This document shows, one piece after another, positions 1 to 9,108 of a DNA stretch of 27,115 bases (within the stretch, counting starts at the first letter, position 1; every line of letters begins with the position of its first letter). A model generated the notes under the pieces. It ran no database searches and was not told the origin of the DNA. It saw nothing but the letters and a program-made list of their open reading frames with translations. Made by a program: the position numbers and the translations under genes. This stretch comes from a virus. Its lineage: Duplodnaviria; Caudoviricetes. Location of the stretch: positions 1-27,115 of IMG/VR virus record IMGVR_UViG_3300034374_005377. One strand, 5' to 3'.

Positions 1-1
1 G

Positions 2-1030
2 GCATTACAGGTCATGGTGTCCGATATAGATCGGCACGTTATTTGCTTTGGATGCAACCCGCTGGGTTCTTCTGACATAGACCCACTCTTAATCCGGTGG
101 TCAGATCAGGAGAATGCGGCAGATTGGACGCCAACGGCGACTAACAGCTCTGGCGGTCAGGTGCTCTCAACTGGCACAACTATTGTCGGCGCAATCAAGA
201 CCAGACAAGAAATACTGATATTTACGGACGTTGGTATACAGGCGATGCGGTTCGTCGGCGCCCCGTTCATTTACTCGTTCTCTCCGGTGGCAGAGAACGT
301 CAGCATGATATCCCCAAAGGCTGGGGTAGCGGCGGCTGACGCGGTCTTCTTTATGGACCGAGAGGGGTTTTATGTTTACCGAGGCGCGGTACAGCGCTTA
401 CCCTGCTCGGTACTGGATTATGTGTTTTCTAATTTACAGTTCGACCAGAGATTTAAGATATACGCAACCACTAATCCTGACGATTCTGAGGTAACATGGC
501 ACTACCCGGTTGGTGACGCCAGCGCAGACATCACCAACTACGTTACATACAACTATTTAGAGGATAACTGGACAATCGGAACGCTAGATCGCGGGGCGTA
601 TATCCACGCTCCCACGAAGGAGTATCCGGTTGCGGCGTCAAATAACTTGTCAGATATAAACGACAATTACCTGTACTTGCATGAGTTCGGGCATAGCGCT
701 GACGGGGAGCCTTTGAACGCATTTGTAGCTTCTGGGGGAATTGGGCTGGGTGATGGCGAGTCGTTCTTGGCAATGAGGCGTGTGATACCGGACTTCACGT
801 TTCGGGGCACGACCTCCGCCGCAGACCTGTCGATGGAGATTCTGGGCAAGGATTTCCCACTCAACACAGAGACCGTGCTTGATACGGCCTCCATCAACAG
901 CTCAACAGGGCAGTATCATTTACGGGCTAGAGCAAGAGAAGTGATTGTCAAGATCACCACAAACGGCGCGGAATACGGCTGGACGCTTGGTGACTTGCGC
1001 TTTGATATACGCACGGATGGTCGCCGGTAA
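2..1030 (+). CDS. Phage tail/head-closure (stabilization, P22 gp10-like) beta-rich protein, 5'-truncated
   Basis: The frame is open from base 2 (ALQVMVSD...), so the true start lies outside the window. Motifs 'IRWSDQEN..DW', 'FFMDREGFYVYRG.V..LPCSV.DYVF', 'EVTWHYP' and the C-terminal 'W.LGD.RFD.R.DGRR' are typical of podovirus tail stabilization proteins. It lies upstream of the ejection-protein genes. Confidence 0.7.
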   Translation, partial: ALQVMVSDIDRHVICFGCNPLGSSDIDPLLIRWSDQENAADWTPTATNSSGGQVLSTGTTIVGAIKTRQEILIFTDVGIQAMRFVGAPFIYSFSPVAENVSMISPKAGVAAADAVFFMDREGFYVYRGAVQRLPCSVLDYVFSNLQFDQRFKIYATTNPDDSEVTWHYPVGDASADITNYVTYNYLEDNWTIGTLDRGAYIHAPTKEYPVAASNNLSDINDNYLYLHEFGHSADGEPLNAFVASGGIGLGDGESFLAMRRVIPDFTFRGTTSAADLSMEILGKDFPLNTETVLDTASINSSTGQYHLRARAREVIVKITTNGAEYGWTLGDLRFDIRTDGRR

Positions 1031-1227
1031 TGCCTAGATATACAACACTACCGGTAGCGACCCGCGAGTACGAGCAACAGAATGAGCAGGTTGCTCGCAG
1101 GACAATAGAGCAGTCCTTGCAGGACATCTCCAGCACGGTAGAAGGCAATACAAATAAAACCAACAAAAACTCATCACTGGCCCTGCGCCGGTTCCAGTTC
1201 TTGTTGATGGGAGCGAGCAGTGGCTGA
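1030..1227 (+). CDS. Small phage hypothetical protein (65 aa), probably virion-associated
   Basis: TAATG stop/start overlap with the upstream gene; 'LP....EY...N....R.IE' pattern; lies within the structural operon. Confidence 0.7.
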   Translation: MPRYTTLPVATREYEQQNEQVARRTIEQSLQDISSTVEGNTNKTNKNSSLALRRFQFLLMGASSG

Positions 1228-1549
1228 CATAATCAAGGTTCTTGGTCAGGTAGCTCCTGCGGCAACGACGACGACAACGCTGTACACGGTGCCGAACCTT
1301 AATCAAACCACTGTTAGCTCGTTGGTTATCTGCAACAGGACAGGAGGCTCACTGGCCTATCGCGTGAGCGTGCATGTTGCGGACGCGGCAACTGACGACA
1401 AGCAATATCTGTACTACGACAAAACCCTTGCGGCAAACGAAACATTCTCTGCCGTTCTGGGGCTAACTCTCAATCAAAGCGACGTGGTCAAGGTGTATGC
1501 AAGCAACACCGGCCTTAGCTTTAACATGTTTGGTGTAGAGACAAGCTAA
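1220..1549 (+). CDS. Phage structural hypothetical protein (109 aa, beta-rich)
   Basis: GTG start with GGAG upstream; 'TTLYTVP...[10 protein letters not shown]' and 'G.TL...DVV.VYAS...LSF..FG.E' pattern common in aquatic phage tail regions; stop overlaps the next ATG. Confidence 0.75.
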   Translation: MADIIKVLGQVAPAATTTTTLYTVPNLNQTTVSSLVICNRTGGSLAYRVSVHVADAATDDKQYLYYDKTLAANETFSAVLGLTLNQSDVVKVYASNTGLSFNMFGVETS

Positions 1550-4500
1550 TGAATCGATATCCAGCAAAACCAATGATGGACGAAATGGCGAAGTATGGCC
1601 GTTATGGCGATACCATGCTGGTTCATATGAACCCCGTAGAAGTAGCGGGTATTGCGTCCTTGGTTCCCGGCGGCAAGCTGACCACAAACCCCGTTACAGG
1701 ACAGCCAGAGGCGTTCCTGCCCTTATTGTTAGGCATAGCGGCCAAAGGGTTGGGCCTTACCGCTTTGGGGACGGGCGCTCTTGTTGGGGCCGGGACGGCG
1801 GCTGTTACAGGCGACCTCAAGCGCGGCCTTCTGTCCGGACTTACCGCCGGATTCGGGGCCGGGATCGGCGATGCTTTGGGCGCGGCAGAAGCCATTCCCA
1901 GTGAAATCGACGTTGGCATTGCGGACATAATAGAGGGTGCCGGCGACATCCCTGCCGGAGAGGCGCTGGCTCAGGCTTCTCAGGCTGGACAGCTTGCTGA
2001 CATGTCTGCTACCGCTGGGTCTTCTCTTGGCGGCTTCGGGGAAGGCATAGAAAGTCTGCGATCTACTGTTTCCAATGCGCTTCCCGAGGCCATGCAGTCT
2101 GGAACTGGTCTTGGCGAAACTGCAAGCCAGACCCTCGGCCTGTCGGGGAATGTCATGGGGGCTGGAGTTACCGCTGGGATGGAGGCTCAGATGCTCGCCC
2201 AGCAGGACTTTGAGCGTCAGCAATCGGCTATGCGAGAAGAGTCAGAAGCAAAGCGCCGTCAGGCATATGACGACCTGCAAGGCGCATACGCGGCGGCACA
2301 GCCATTCGCCCAGCGCGGTTATAGCCCATACCGTTCAATGATGAGCAGAAACACGCCCCCGCCCATGTATGCGGCTCAGGGTGGTGTTGTACGCATGGAA
2401 GAAGGCGGGGAGGCTGAAAGTGACCGCACATACGACCCAGCGGCGCTTGCGGCTTATTTGAAGCAACTGCAAGACCTTGGTTTTACGGGTTTTAACTTTA
2501 ACTATATGGGCCAAAATGTAGACCTTTCTAGCCTTGACCCCGCCACTATGGGGGGAGGGGGCGGCGGCACCGATACGGGAGTAGATCTGTCGCAATTTGA
2601 CGTAACGCCCACCGAAAAAGAGCTAGAGATTCTAGAAATGGCTAATCGGGGGCTGATCCTTGGCCACAACGGTCAAGCAATCTTGGAAGGTTATTACAAC
2701 CGACTTAACGAGGCTAATCGAGGATACCTAGAGGCGACCGGCCAGACTTTAAGCCAGTCTGGCTTAGACACGAACAATTTAAGTGCCGCGTTGGCGAAGG
2801 CTGGCATCCCCGGATTTTCCGCTGTTGGCGCTGGGTTACAGCCCGGATACGGTGGACTAGACCCGGTAACCATACAGAAAAACCTTCGCGGTGGGGTTTC
2901 TGTTGCTCCTCCAAAGGACTACATGCCGGGCTTTGAGCCTGAGTTTAGCTACTTCCAAGCTGATCCAGATAGGATTGTCACCCCAACAAGACAGTATCGC
3001 CCAACCATAAACCGCTTCACTAATTACGGCACGGACTACTTCGATCCAGTATTGGACAAGCAGGCATATCAAACGCAGTTGGAAGACTACTACAGGACAC
3101 TCGGCACCTACGAGCCAAAAGACGTGCCTGTCGTCACTCAAACAGGTACAACCCCGGATGATCCCACTCAAACTGGCACTGGTGTGGGTCCACAAACCCC
3201 CGGTGGCGGTGGTGAGACGATAAGCAGGGCTTATGTCAATGAACTTTACCAGCAGTTGTTTGGTCGGGACGCGCTTGATGCAGGCGCTGAGTACTGGATT
3301 GATCAGGTTGCCAGAGGAAACGTCAGCGCAGACCGCCTGCGAGACGCCCTGATTGCCGCCGCCAAGGAAGGGGGCGGTGCAGACTGGGATTGGTACAGGA
3401 CAAATGTTCTTGGTGAAGGAACAGGCACTGAGACAGGCGGCGGCACAGGTGGCGGAGGCGGCACAACCACCGGCCCAACCATCAGCAGAGCGGATTTAAA
3501 TGCTCTGTATCAAGAGCTATTCGGCAGAGACGCACTGGATGCAGGAGCTGAATACTGGATGAGCCAAGTTCAAAGCGGCGCAGTCCCCCTTGATCAATTG
3601 AGAGAGACGTTGATTGCCGCCGCTCAAGGATCTGATCTGGACTGGTACAGAAAGAATGTGCTGGGCGAAAGCACAGGCACAGGCACAGGAACAGGCACAG
3701 GCACGGGCACAGGAACAGGCACAGGCACAGGCACAGGAACAGGCACAGGCACGGGCACAGGAACCGGCACAGGCACGGGTACAGGAACCGGCACAGGCAC
3801 GGGTACTGGAACTGGTGCCGGAACCGGAGCATCTGGTTATGTAGGGCCGGCAGACCTAAAAGATGAAGATCCCTATATATGGAGCAAGAGGGGCTTACTG
3901 TCGGGTCAAAATGTGCTGGCTGGGTCTCGGGAAGACCTCACTCCAGAGGAATTCCAAGAACTCCTTAGCAAACAACCGGGGAAATATGGGTCAGGCTCCA
4001 CTATGGCCTACGATCCTGACTTTGGGATCTATAGCACAGCAAGCGACGACTGGATGGAAAAATACCTTTCTGGCGAGTACAAGGACATTCCGCAGTACCT
4101 CAACCCCAACGAGATGTCAAATGTTGACAGGATTAGACTTGCTCACATGGGCTTTAACAAGGCGTATGGGCGCAAGTACACCGACGCTCAGGGCCGGGAA
4201 CACAACATTGGCGCTCACGCCGCCAGTATCCAGATCGGCGACCGTCGCTACTTTGCGAACAAAGACGGTAGCGTTTCGTCCTATGCCGTTGAGGACATCA
4301 AGTATGGGTACACCCCTAAGTTTGCGGACGGCGGGACCATTCCGCTTCGTTCGTCAATGGGCAATGCTGAAGTTTCGGCTGGCGGCATAGCAAATGTGCC
4401 AACTGAATTTACCGCGACAATGCCTACCGAGCAGGAATACAACATGGTGGCGGCGGCGGTTCTTGGGCGAGTAGAAAATCCTGACGCTATTGTTGACATG

Positions 4501-4833
4501 TTTGTGAGAAAATACGGGCCTGAAATGTTCCAGCAGATCCGCAACATGGTATTGCGGTCTGTGGCGCCTCAAGCGCAAACGGAGGGCATGATTCGTGGTC
4601 AAGGTAGCGGCATGGAAGACAAGATCCCCGGCATGATTGGCGATCAACAGCCTGTCGCGGTGTCGCCGGGAGAGTTTATTGTCCCTGCTGATGTCGTGTC
4701 AGGATTAGGCGATGGAAGTTCTGACGCCGGGGCGGAAAAGCTAGACCAGATGATGGATCGAGTCAGAATGGCTCGCGGCGGTAACACAAAGCAAGCCCCA
4801 TCCATTAACGCAGAGAGAATAATGCCTGCATGA
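1549..4833 (+). CDS. Putative internal virion/ejection protein (1094 aa) with two DUF4214-like repeats and a Thr-Gly repeat
   Basis: N-terminal '[14 protein letters not shown]...[12 protein letters not shown]' followed by a Gly/Ala hydrophobic stretch; several xxxGG motifs; C-terminal 'G.I.G.G.G..D.IP...[22 protein letters not shown]' domain; translationally coupled on both sides. Confidence 0.7.
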   Translation: MNRYPAKPMMDEMAKYGRYGDTMLVHMNPVEVAGIASLVPGGKLTTNPVTGQPEAFLPLLLGIAAKGLGLTALGTGALVGAGTAAVTGDLKRGLLSGLTAGFGAGIGDALGAAEAIPSEIDVGIADIIEGAGDIPAGEALAQASQAGQLADMSATAGSSLGGFGEGIESLRSTVSNALPEAMQSGTGLGETASQTLGLSGNVMGAGVTAGMEAQMLAQQDFERQQSAMREESEAKRRQAYDDLQGAYAAAQPFAQRGYSPYRSMMSRNTPPPMYAAQGGVVRMEEGGEAESDRTYDPAALAAYLKQLQDLGFTGFNFNYMGQNVDLSSLDPATMGGGGGGTDTGVDLSQFDVTPTEKELEILEMANRGLILGHNGQAILEGYYNRLNEANRGYLEATGQTLSQSGLDTNNLSAALAKAGIPGFSAVGAGLQPGYGGLDPVTIQKNLRGGVSVAPPKDYMPGFEPEFSYFQADPDRIVTPTRQYRPTINRFTNYGTDYFDPVLDKQAYQTQLEDYYRTLGTYEPKDVPVVTQTGTTPDDPTQTGTGVGPQTPGGGGETISRAYVNELYQQLFGRDALDAGAEYWIDQVARGNVSADRLRDALIAAAKEGGGADWDWYRTNVLGEGTGTETGGGTGGGGGTTTGPTISRADLNALYQELFGRDALDAGAEYWMSQVQSGAVPLDQLRETLIAAAQGSDLDWYRKNVLGESTGTGTGTGTGTGTGTGTGTGTGTGTGTGTGTGTGTGTGTGTGTGTGTGAGTGASGYVGPADLKDEDPYIWSKRGLLSGQNVLAGSREDLTPEEFQELLSKQPGKYGSGSTMAYDPDFGIYSTASDDWMEKYLSGEYKDIPQYLNPNEMSNVDRIRLAHMGFNKAYGRKYTDAQGREHNIGAHAASIQIGDRRYFANKDGSVSSYAVEDIKYGYTPKFADGGTIPLRSSMGNAEVSAGGIANVPTEFTATMPTEQEYNMVAAAVLGRVENPDAIVDMFVRKYGPEMFQQIRNMVLRSVAPQAQTEGMIRGQGSGMEDKIPGMIGDQQPVAVSPGEFIVPADVVSGLGDGSSDAGAEKLDQMMDRVRMARGGNTKQAPSINAERIMPA
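3217..3669 (+). repeat. Two-copy intragenic domain duplication (~65 aa units, DUF4214-like)
   Basis: [31 protein letters not shown]...[10 protein letters not shown] (3217-3417) versus [31 protein letters not shown]...[10 protein letters not shown] (3478-3669). Confidence 0.9.
3673..3816 (+). repeat. (ACNGGN)24 hexamer repeat encoding (Thr-Gly)24
   Basis: Directly visible ACAGGC/ACGGGC/ACAGGA units with a 24-nt higher-order period. Confidence 0.97.
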
Positions 4834-5240
4834 AAATAAGCCTAGTGCCACTGGAACACGCTTCCACCGCTTGGAATCAGGCGAGGCACTGGCTTGAGCC
4901 GGCTGTAGAGGTAGCCAACGGTCGGTGGACGATGGAGCATCTCTGCGCGGCAGTGATGATGGGCAACACCCAGCTTTGGATCGCTTTTGACGATGACAAG
5001 GTCTGGGGCGCAGTGACCACTGAGATTACTAGATACCCCGCAAGGACAATGCTATCCATGCATTTCTTGGGCGGCGAGGGCTTTGATGCATGGTACAGCG
5101 ATATGCTCAACAGCTTAACTCAGCATGCCAAGGAAATGGGGTGTGATGGCATAGAGGGCATAGCCCGCTTTGGCTTTTGGGAGTGGCTGAAAGACGACGG
5201 ATTCCGCAGGACATCTGCATTTTACGAAAAGGACTTGTAG
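4830..5240 (+). CDS. GNAT-fold (acetyltransferase-like) phage protein
   Basis: ATGA overlap with the upstream gene. 'QLWIAFD...GAVTTEI..YP...L.MHFLGG......L...AKE.GC..IE...R.G....L...GF' matches the degenerate GNAT-like proteins found beside podovirus ejection genes. Confidence 0.65.
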   Translation: MKISLVPLEHASTAWNQARHWLEPAVEVANGRWTMEHLCAAVMMGNTQLWIAFDDDKVWGAVTTEITRYPARTMLSMHFLGGEGFDAWYSDMLNSLTQHAKEMGCDGIEGIARFGFWEWLKDDGFRRTSAFYEKDL

Positions 5241-5710
5241 TGCCGGACATTCAATACAGGCGACTAGAGGAAAATCGGGAAGACCTACAGAAGATCGTGG
5301 ACTTCCTGATTGCAACATTCGGCAAAGAGCATGAGATGGGCAGTTTAAGCGCATCAAAATTCAGTTTTGCCAAAGGACTGCCTTTTGTCGTGGCGGCAAT
5401 TGAGTGTGGCGCATGGGTCGCCGAAGACGAGGGCGAAATAGTCGGGTCTGTTGGATTGCAGATAACCTCTCCGTGGTACACGGAAGCGCAGTATATGGGA
5501 GACCTGTGGACATACGTTACGCCGGAGTACAGAGAGCATGGTGTCGCGGGTCGATTGGTTGAGCTGGCAAAGGATCACGCCACTGAGAAAAGCATGCCGC
5601 TTATGATGGGCATCTTTAATAATGTGGACGTGGACAGGAAAATTAAGTTTTTTGAAAAAATGGGCTTCCGGATGGTTGGCGCTCAGTTTTTAAGGGATAA
5701 GGAGCAATAA
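5240..5710 (+). CDS. GNAT family N-acetyltransferase
   Basis: Probable GTG start at 5240 overlapping the upstream TAG (the ORF track's start at 5177 is likely too early). It has the 'WVAEDEGEIVG' strand, acetyl-CoA motif A 'YVTPEYREHGVAGRL' and C-terminal 'FFEKMGF'. Confidence 0.85.
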   Translation: MPDIQYRRLEENREDLQKIVDFLIATFGKEHEMGSLSASKFSFAKGLPFVVAAIECGAWVAEDEGEIVGSVGLQITSPWYTEAQYMGDLWTYVTPEYREHGVAGRLVELAKDHATEKSMPLMMGIFNNVDVDRKIKFFEKMGFRMVGAQFLRDKEQ

Positions 5711-5713
5711 AGG

Positions 5714-6859
5714 ATGTGTGGAGGAGGCGGCGGTGGTGGTCCCACAGAGTCCACAGTAACTCAAACAAACCTGCCTGAGTATGCAGAACCTTACTACCGT
5801 GACCTACTGGTCCGGACAGGGCTAGAAAGCTCTCAACTGTATTCCCCCTACGGCGGGTCTAGGCTTCAGTATTTCATGCCGGCAGAACAGACTGCGATGA
5901 AGCGCATCCAAGACCTCGGCATGTCTGGAACGCCAGCAGAGCTGGAGGCGGCTGGCTCTATTGCGGCTCAGATTGGCGGTGGCAGTCCTTACGCGAGCAC
6001 CATGCTGGAGACAACACGTCGGGCACAAGAAATGCCCGGATATCTCAGCCAGTTCCAGCAGGGCAACGTGTACAGCGGGTACACCCCTCAGTTCATGAAC
6101 GACCCAGAAGTCATTCGCTCATACATGAATCCGTACATGGAGCTGGTGACGGACCCGCAGATGCGCGAGGCGCAACGCCAGTCTGAGATTCAGGGCCAGC
6201 AATTGGGATTGCAGTCAGCAGGGCTGGGTAGCTTGGGCGGGTATCGCGAAGCCATCATGCAGGCAGAAAGAGAGCGCAATCTACAACAGCAGAAAAGCGA
6301 CATATATGGGGCGGGGCTTGCGCAGGCATACACCCAAGCCACAGGCACCTTCCAAGCTGGCGAGCAGGCCAGACAGCAGGCGGCAGGAATGGGTCTGGAT
6401 GCGGCAAGAATCGAGCAGGCTGGCCGTATTGCAGAAGAGCAAGCCAGAAGCCGTGCAATGGAGATGAATTACGCTCAGGCGCAGAGAGCGGCACAGCTTG
6501 GTCAGTCAGCTTACGCTCAGTTGATGGGCGGCGATCAACAACGGCTTGCGGCGGCTGGCATGCTGGGCGATTTCGTGGGTCAGCGCCAGCAGATGGAGCT
6601 GGAGCGACTTAGAGCCATGCAGACTGCCGGTCAGATCGAAAGAGAACTGCGTCAGCGCGGCTTGGATATCGGCTACTCCGACTTCCTCCGCCAGCAGGCA
6701 TACCCAAGAGAGAATCTGACGTTCTACAGCTCTATGTTGCAGGGCATCCCGATTGCGCCCGGACAGATATCACAATCATATGGCATCACCCCGTCCATGA
6801 CTCAGCAGTTGCTGGGCGCTGGTATCGCGGGTGTCGGCCTGTACAACGCATTTCGATAG
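5714..6859 (+). CDS. Putative DNA ejection/transfer (pilot) protein, Gln/Ala-rich
   Basis: N-terminal MCGGGGGGG..T.TQT.LPEYA.PY; 'YMNPY' motif; 'G.LGGYR' followed by Q/A-rich helices; hydrophobic C-terminal tail 'LLGAGIAGVGLY'; AGGAG and AAGG upstream. Confidence 0.7.
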   Translation: MCGGGGGGGPTESTVTQTNLPEYAEPYYRDLLVRTGLESSQLYSPYGGSRLQYFMPAEQTAMKRIQDLGMSGTPAELEAAGSIAAQIGGGSPYASTMLETTRRAQEMPGYLSQFQQGNVYSGYTPQFMNDPEVIRSYMNPYMELVTDPQMREAQRQSEIQGQQLGLQSAGLGSLGGYREAIMQAERERNLQQQKSDIYGAGLAQAYTQATGTFQAGEQARQQAAGMGLDAARIEQAGRIAEEQARSRAMEMNYAQAQRAAQLGQSAYAQLMGGDQQRLAAAGMLGDFVGQRQQMELERLRAMQTAGQIERELRQRGLDIGYSDFLRQQAYPRENLTFYSSMLQGIPIAPGQISQSYGITPSMTQQLLGAGIAGVGLYNAFR

Positions 6860-6869
6860 AGGCTAGCCG

Positions 6870-9107
6870 ATGAATATCCTTGAGCAAGAAGACATCATCA
6901 AGGGACTTCCCGATCAAGCCCTGATGAAGGAGGCGTCAGCGCCCAGCGGACAGGTGCCGCAGTTTCTGGTGGTATCCGAAATCAAGCGCCGTAGCGATAT
7001 GCGCAAGCGCTATCAGGAACAGCAACAACAGCCACAGGGCACTGTCAAAGACCAGATCGTGATGGAGGCTATGGGTATTGGTGGCGTAATGCCCCCGCAA
7101 ATGGCTCCTCAACAGCCTCCAATGGCGCCAGCAGGAGCGCCTCCGATGGGTGGCATGCCTCCTATGGCGCCCCCTATGCCGCAGGCAGGAATAGCATCTG
7201 CTCCGCAAGGAATGCCCCCTATGGGTATGGCGCAGGGCGGGACAGTAAAAATGCAGACTGGCGGGATTACGAGCATGCCCGGATCTGGTGCTTTGTATGG
7301 GATGCAGAAGCAGTACATTGACCCTCTTCTAGACAGGGCGCAGATTTTAGCCAGAACTGCGGGAATTAGTATTGAAGAGGCGTATCAGGCGCTTGTCAGG
7401 CAGGCTCAGATGAATATGCCTGATTATGGCATGCTGGGTCCGGCTGGCATGGGCGAACTGCCGTCACTAGCAGGGCTGGATAAGGCCGTGGGGGAAAAAC
7501 TGCAAGACGCCTACGGGGCAATCCCAAAGTACTCCATGACTGATCCGTTGGGCGGGGTTAAATCTGCGGCTGAGTCGGTAGAGAGCTTTGTCGATAGTTT
7601 TCCGTATCAGTCTGCGTTGCAGAGGCCAAACTACAGCGCATTGTTGGGGCCGACAGAGGCACGAAGGTCGGGTCGGGCGCCAGTCCCGATGGACGAAGAG
7701 CAGATGCGCACCGCAGAAGCGCAGTTAGATGCTCTTGACGGAATGCCCGTAACGCCAGAAGACAGAAGCTTCAAGGGGATTACTCTCTCCGAAACGAGGC
7801 CGAAGCCGCAAGTCAAGCCGGCAAGCGAGATATATGCAGACTCCTCCCTCAAGAGGGGCATAGAGGCGCTCGGCGGCGCTATATCAGATGAGTTGTCAGC
7901 TACTCCATTAGCTCAATTTGACAGAGAGGCAAGTCAACGGATTCGCGAGGTGATGGAGAAGGACGGCATAGGCGCCGCAATTGGCCAGTTTGGCAGAGAG
8001 GCCGTTGCATCCGTCATGCCTGCGGCAAGGACCGTGGTAGAGGGCGGAATCGCGCCGATCCTTGGCGCGGTGGGTGAGGGAGTAGCATATATTGCAGACA
8101 CTCCAATTATCAGCGAGCCGGCAAGAGCACTCGACCAGCTTATTACTGGTTCTGTAGATGACCCATTAACCCTTGGTCAGATATTCGGATCTAAAGACGC
8201 CACTAAGCAGGGCAGAAGCCCCGTTCAGACTCAAGGAAACGGAATGCTTCCTGAGTACACGGATTACACAACACTGCTCCCTGCGGTTGCGGCAGACGAA
8301 GTTGCGGCTCAGTCCCCATACAGCCTTGAGTACCTTCAGCGACAGAACGCTATTGCGGCGGCAAGGGAAGCGGCCAGAAACAGCACAAGCGTTTTTGATC
8401 GCGAGACGACTGACGGTGGGGCAGGCACAGCAACGACCAAGGGCGAAAGGACTCCCGCAACAAGAGCGACAGATGCGGTTACTGCGTTGCCAAGAAACGA
8501 CAAAAGCGCTCCGGACATGCCTGCTCTTGACTTCTCAGACCTAATAGCAGAAAGCAAGCAACAGGCTCTGGCCAACGCAATGATTCAGCTTGGCGCTGGC
8601 GTTGCATCTGGTGATGTGGCCAAGGGGCTGTCCGCCGCAGGCACTGCCGCCATGCAGGGTACCTCCGACGCAAGGGCGCTGGATATGAAGCGCCGTCTGG
8701 CTGAGTACCAAGCTGGTCGCGAAGACATCCGCAGAGGCGACGAGGCAGATCGCTTTGAGCGCCAGATGAGCTTGCAGGAGCGCAAGCTGGAAGTCAGTGA
8801 GGAGCAGTTTGCCAGCACTCTTGATCAGGCAGATCGCAAAATTAGAGCTGAAATCGAGAAGGGCGAGAGAGTCAACATGGGCCAGCTTTTTAGCTTTGTA
8901 TCGGCACTTGTGAAGGAGTCGATGCCTGATCTGGCCCCAGAAGGCAAGACGATGCGAGATGTAGTTAACAGCATGACAATGGAACTCCTGCAAAAATACG
9001 GGCCTCTGATGGACGTTGATGTGTCGGGATTGGCCGCCCCCAGCGGGACGCAGACTGGAAGCCGCAGTAGGGAAGACATCCTCGCTCAATACAATGTAGC
9101 TAACTAA
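6870..9107 (+). CDS. Putative internal virion/ejection protein (745 aa)
   Basis: GAGG RBS; N-terminal 'IKGLPDQAL......P.G.VPQFLV.SEI.RR..MR'; Pro/Met low-complexity stretch; MAQGG/MQTGG motifs; C-terminal coiled coil; lies between the pilot and giant proteins. Confidence 0.65.
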   Translation: MNILEQEDIIKGLPDQALMKEASAPSGQVPQFLVVSEIKRRSDMRKRYQEQQQQPQGTVKDQIVMEAMGIGGVMPPQMAPQQPPMAPAGAPPMGGMPPMAPPMPQAGIASAPQGMPPMGMAQGGTVKMQTGGITSMPGSGALYGMQKQYIDPLLDRAQILARTAGISIEEAYQALVRQAQMNMPDYGMLGPAGMGELPSLAGLDKAVGEKLQDAYGAIPKYSMTDPLGGVKSAAESVESFVDSFPYQSALQRPNYSALLGPTEARRSGRAPVPMDEEQMRTAEAQLDALDGMPVTPEDRSFKGITLSETRPKPQVKPASEIYADSSLKRGIEALGGAISDELSATPLAQFDREASQRIREVMEKDGIGAAIGQFGREAVASVMPAARTVVEGGIAPILGAVGEGVAYIADTPIISEPARALDQLITGSVDDPLTLGQIFGSKDATKQGRSPVQTQGNGMLPEYTDYTTLLPAVAADEVAAQSPYSLEYLQRQNAIAAAREAARNSTSVFDRETTDGGAGTATTKGERTPATRATDAVTALPRNDKSAPDMPALDFSDLIAESKQQALANAMIQLGAGVASGDVAKGLSAAGTAAMQGTSDARALDMKRRLAEYQAGREDIRRGDEADRFERQMSLQERKLEVSEEQFASTLDQADRKIRAEIEKGERVNMGQLFSFVSALVKESMPDLAPEGKTMRDVVNSMTMELLQKYGPLMDVDVSGLAAPSGTQTGSRSREDILAQYNVAN

Positions 9108-9108
9108 C

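Noticed and set aside
3482-3844. Cys-rich minus-strand ORF (3482-3832) and (AQ)n plus-strand ORF (3614-3844)
   Set aside because: Both are alternative-frame readings of the (ACAGGC)n Thr-Gly repeat, which lacks stops in those frames.
5177-5239. ORF-track N-terminal extension of the second GNAT
   Set aside because: Overlaps the upstream gene by 64 nt; the GTG at 5240 coupled to the upstream TAG fits the operon pattern better.
7080-7230. Pro/Met/Gly low-complexity stretch in the 745-aa protein
   Set aside because: An ordinary disordered linker with no regular nucleotide repeat unit.
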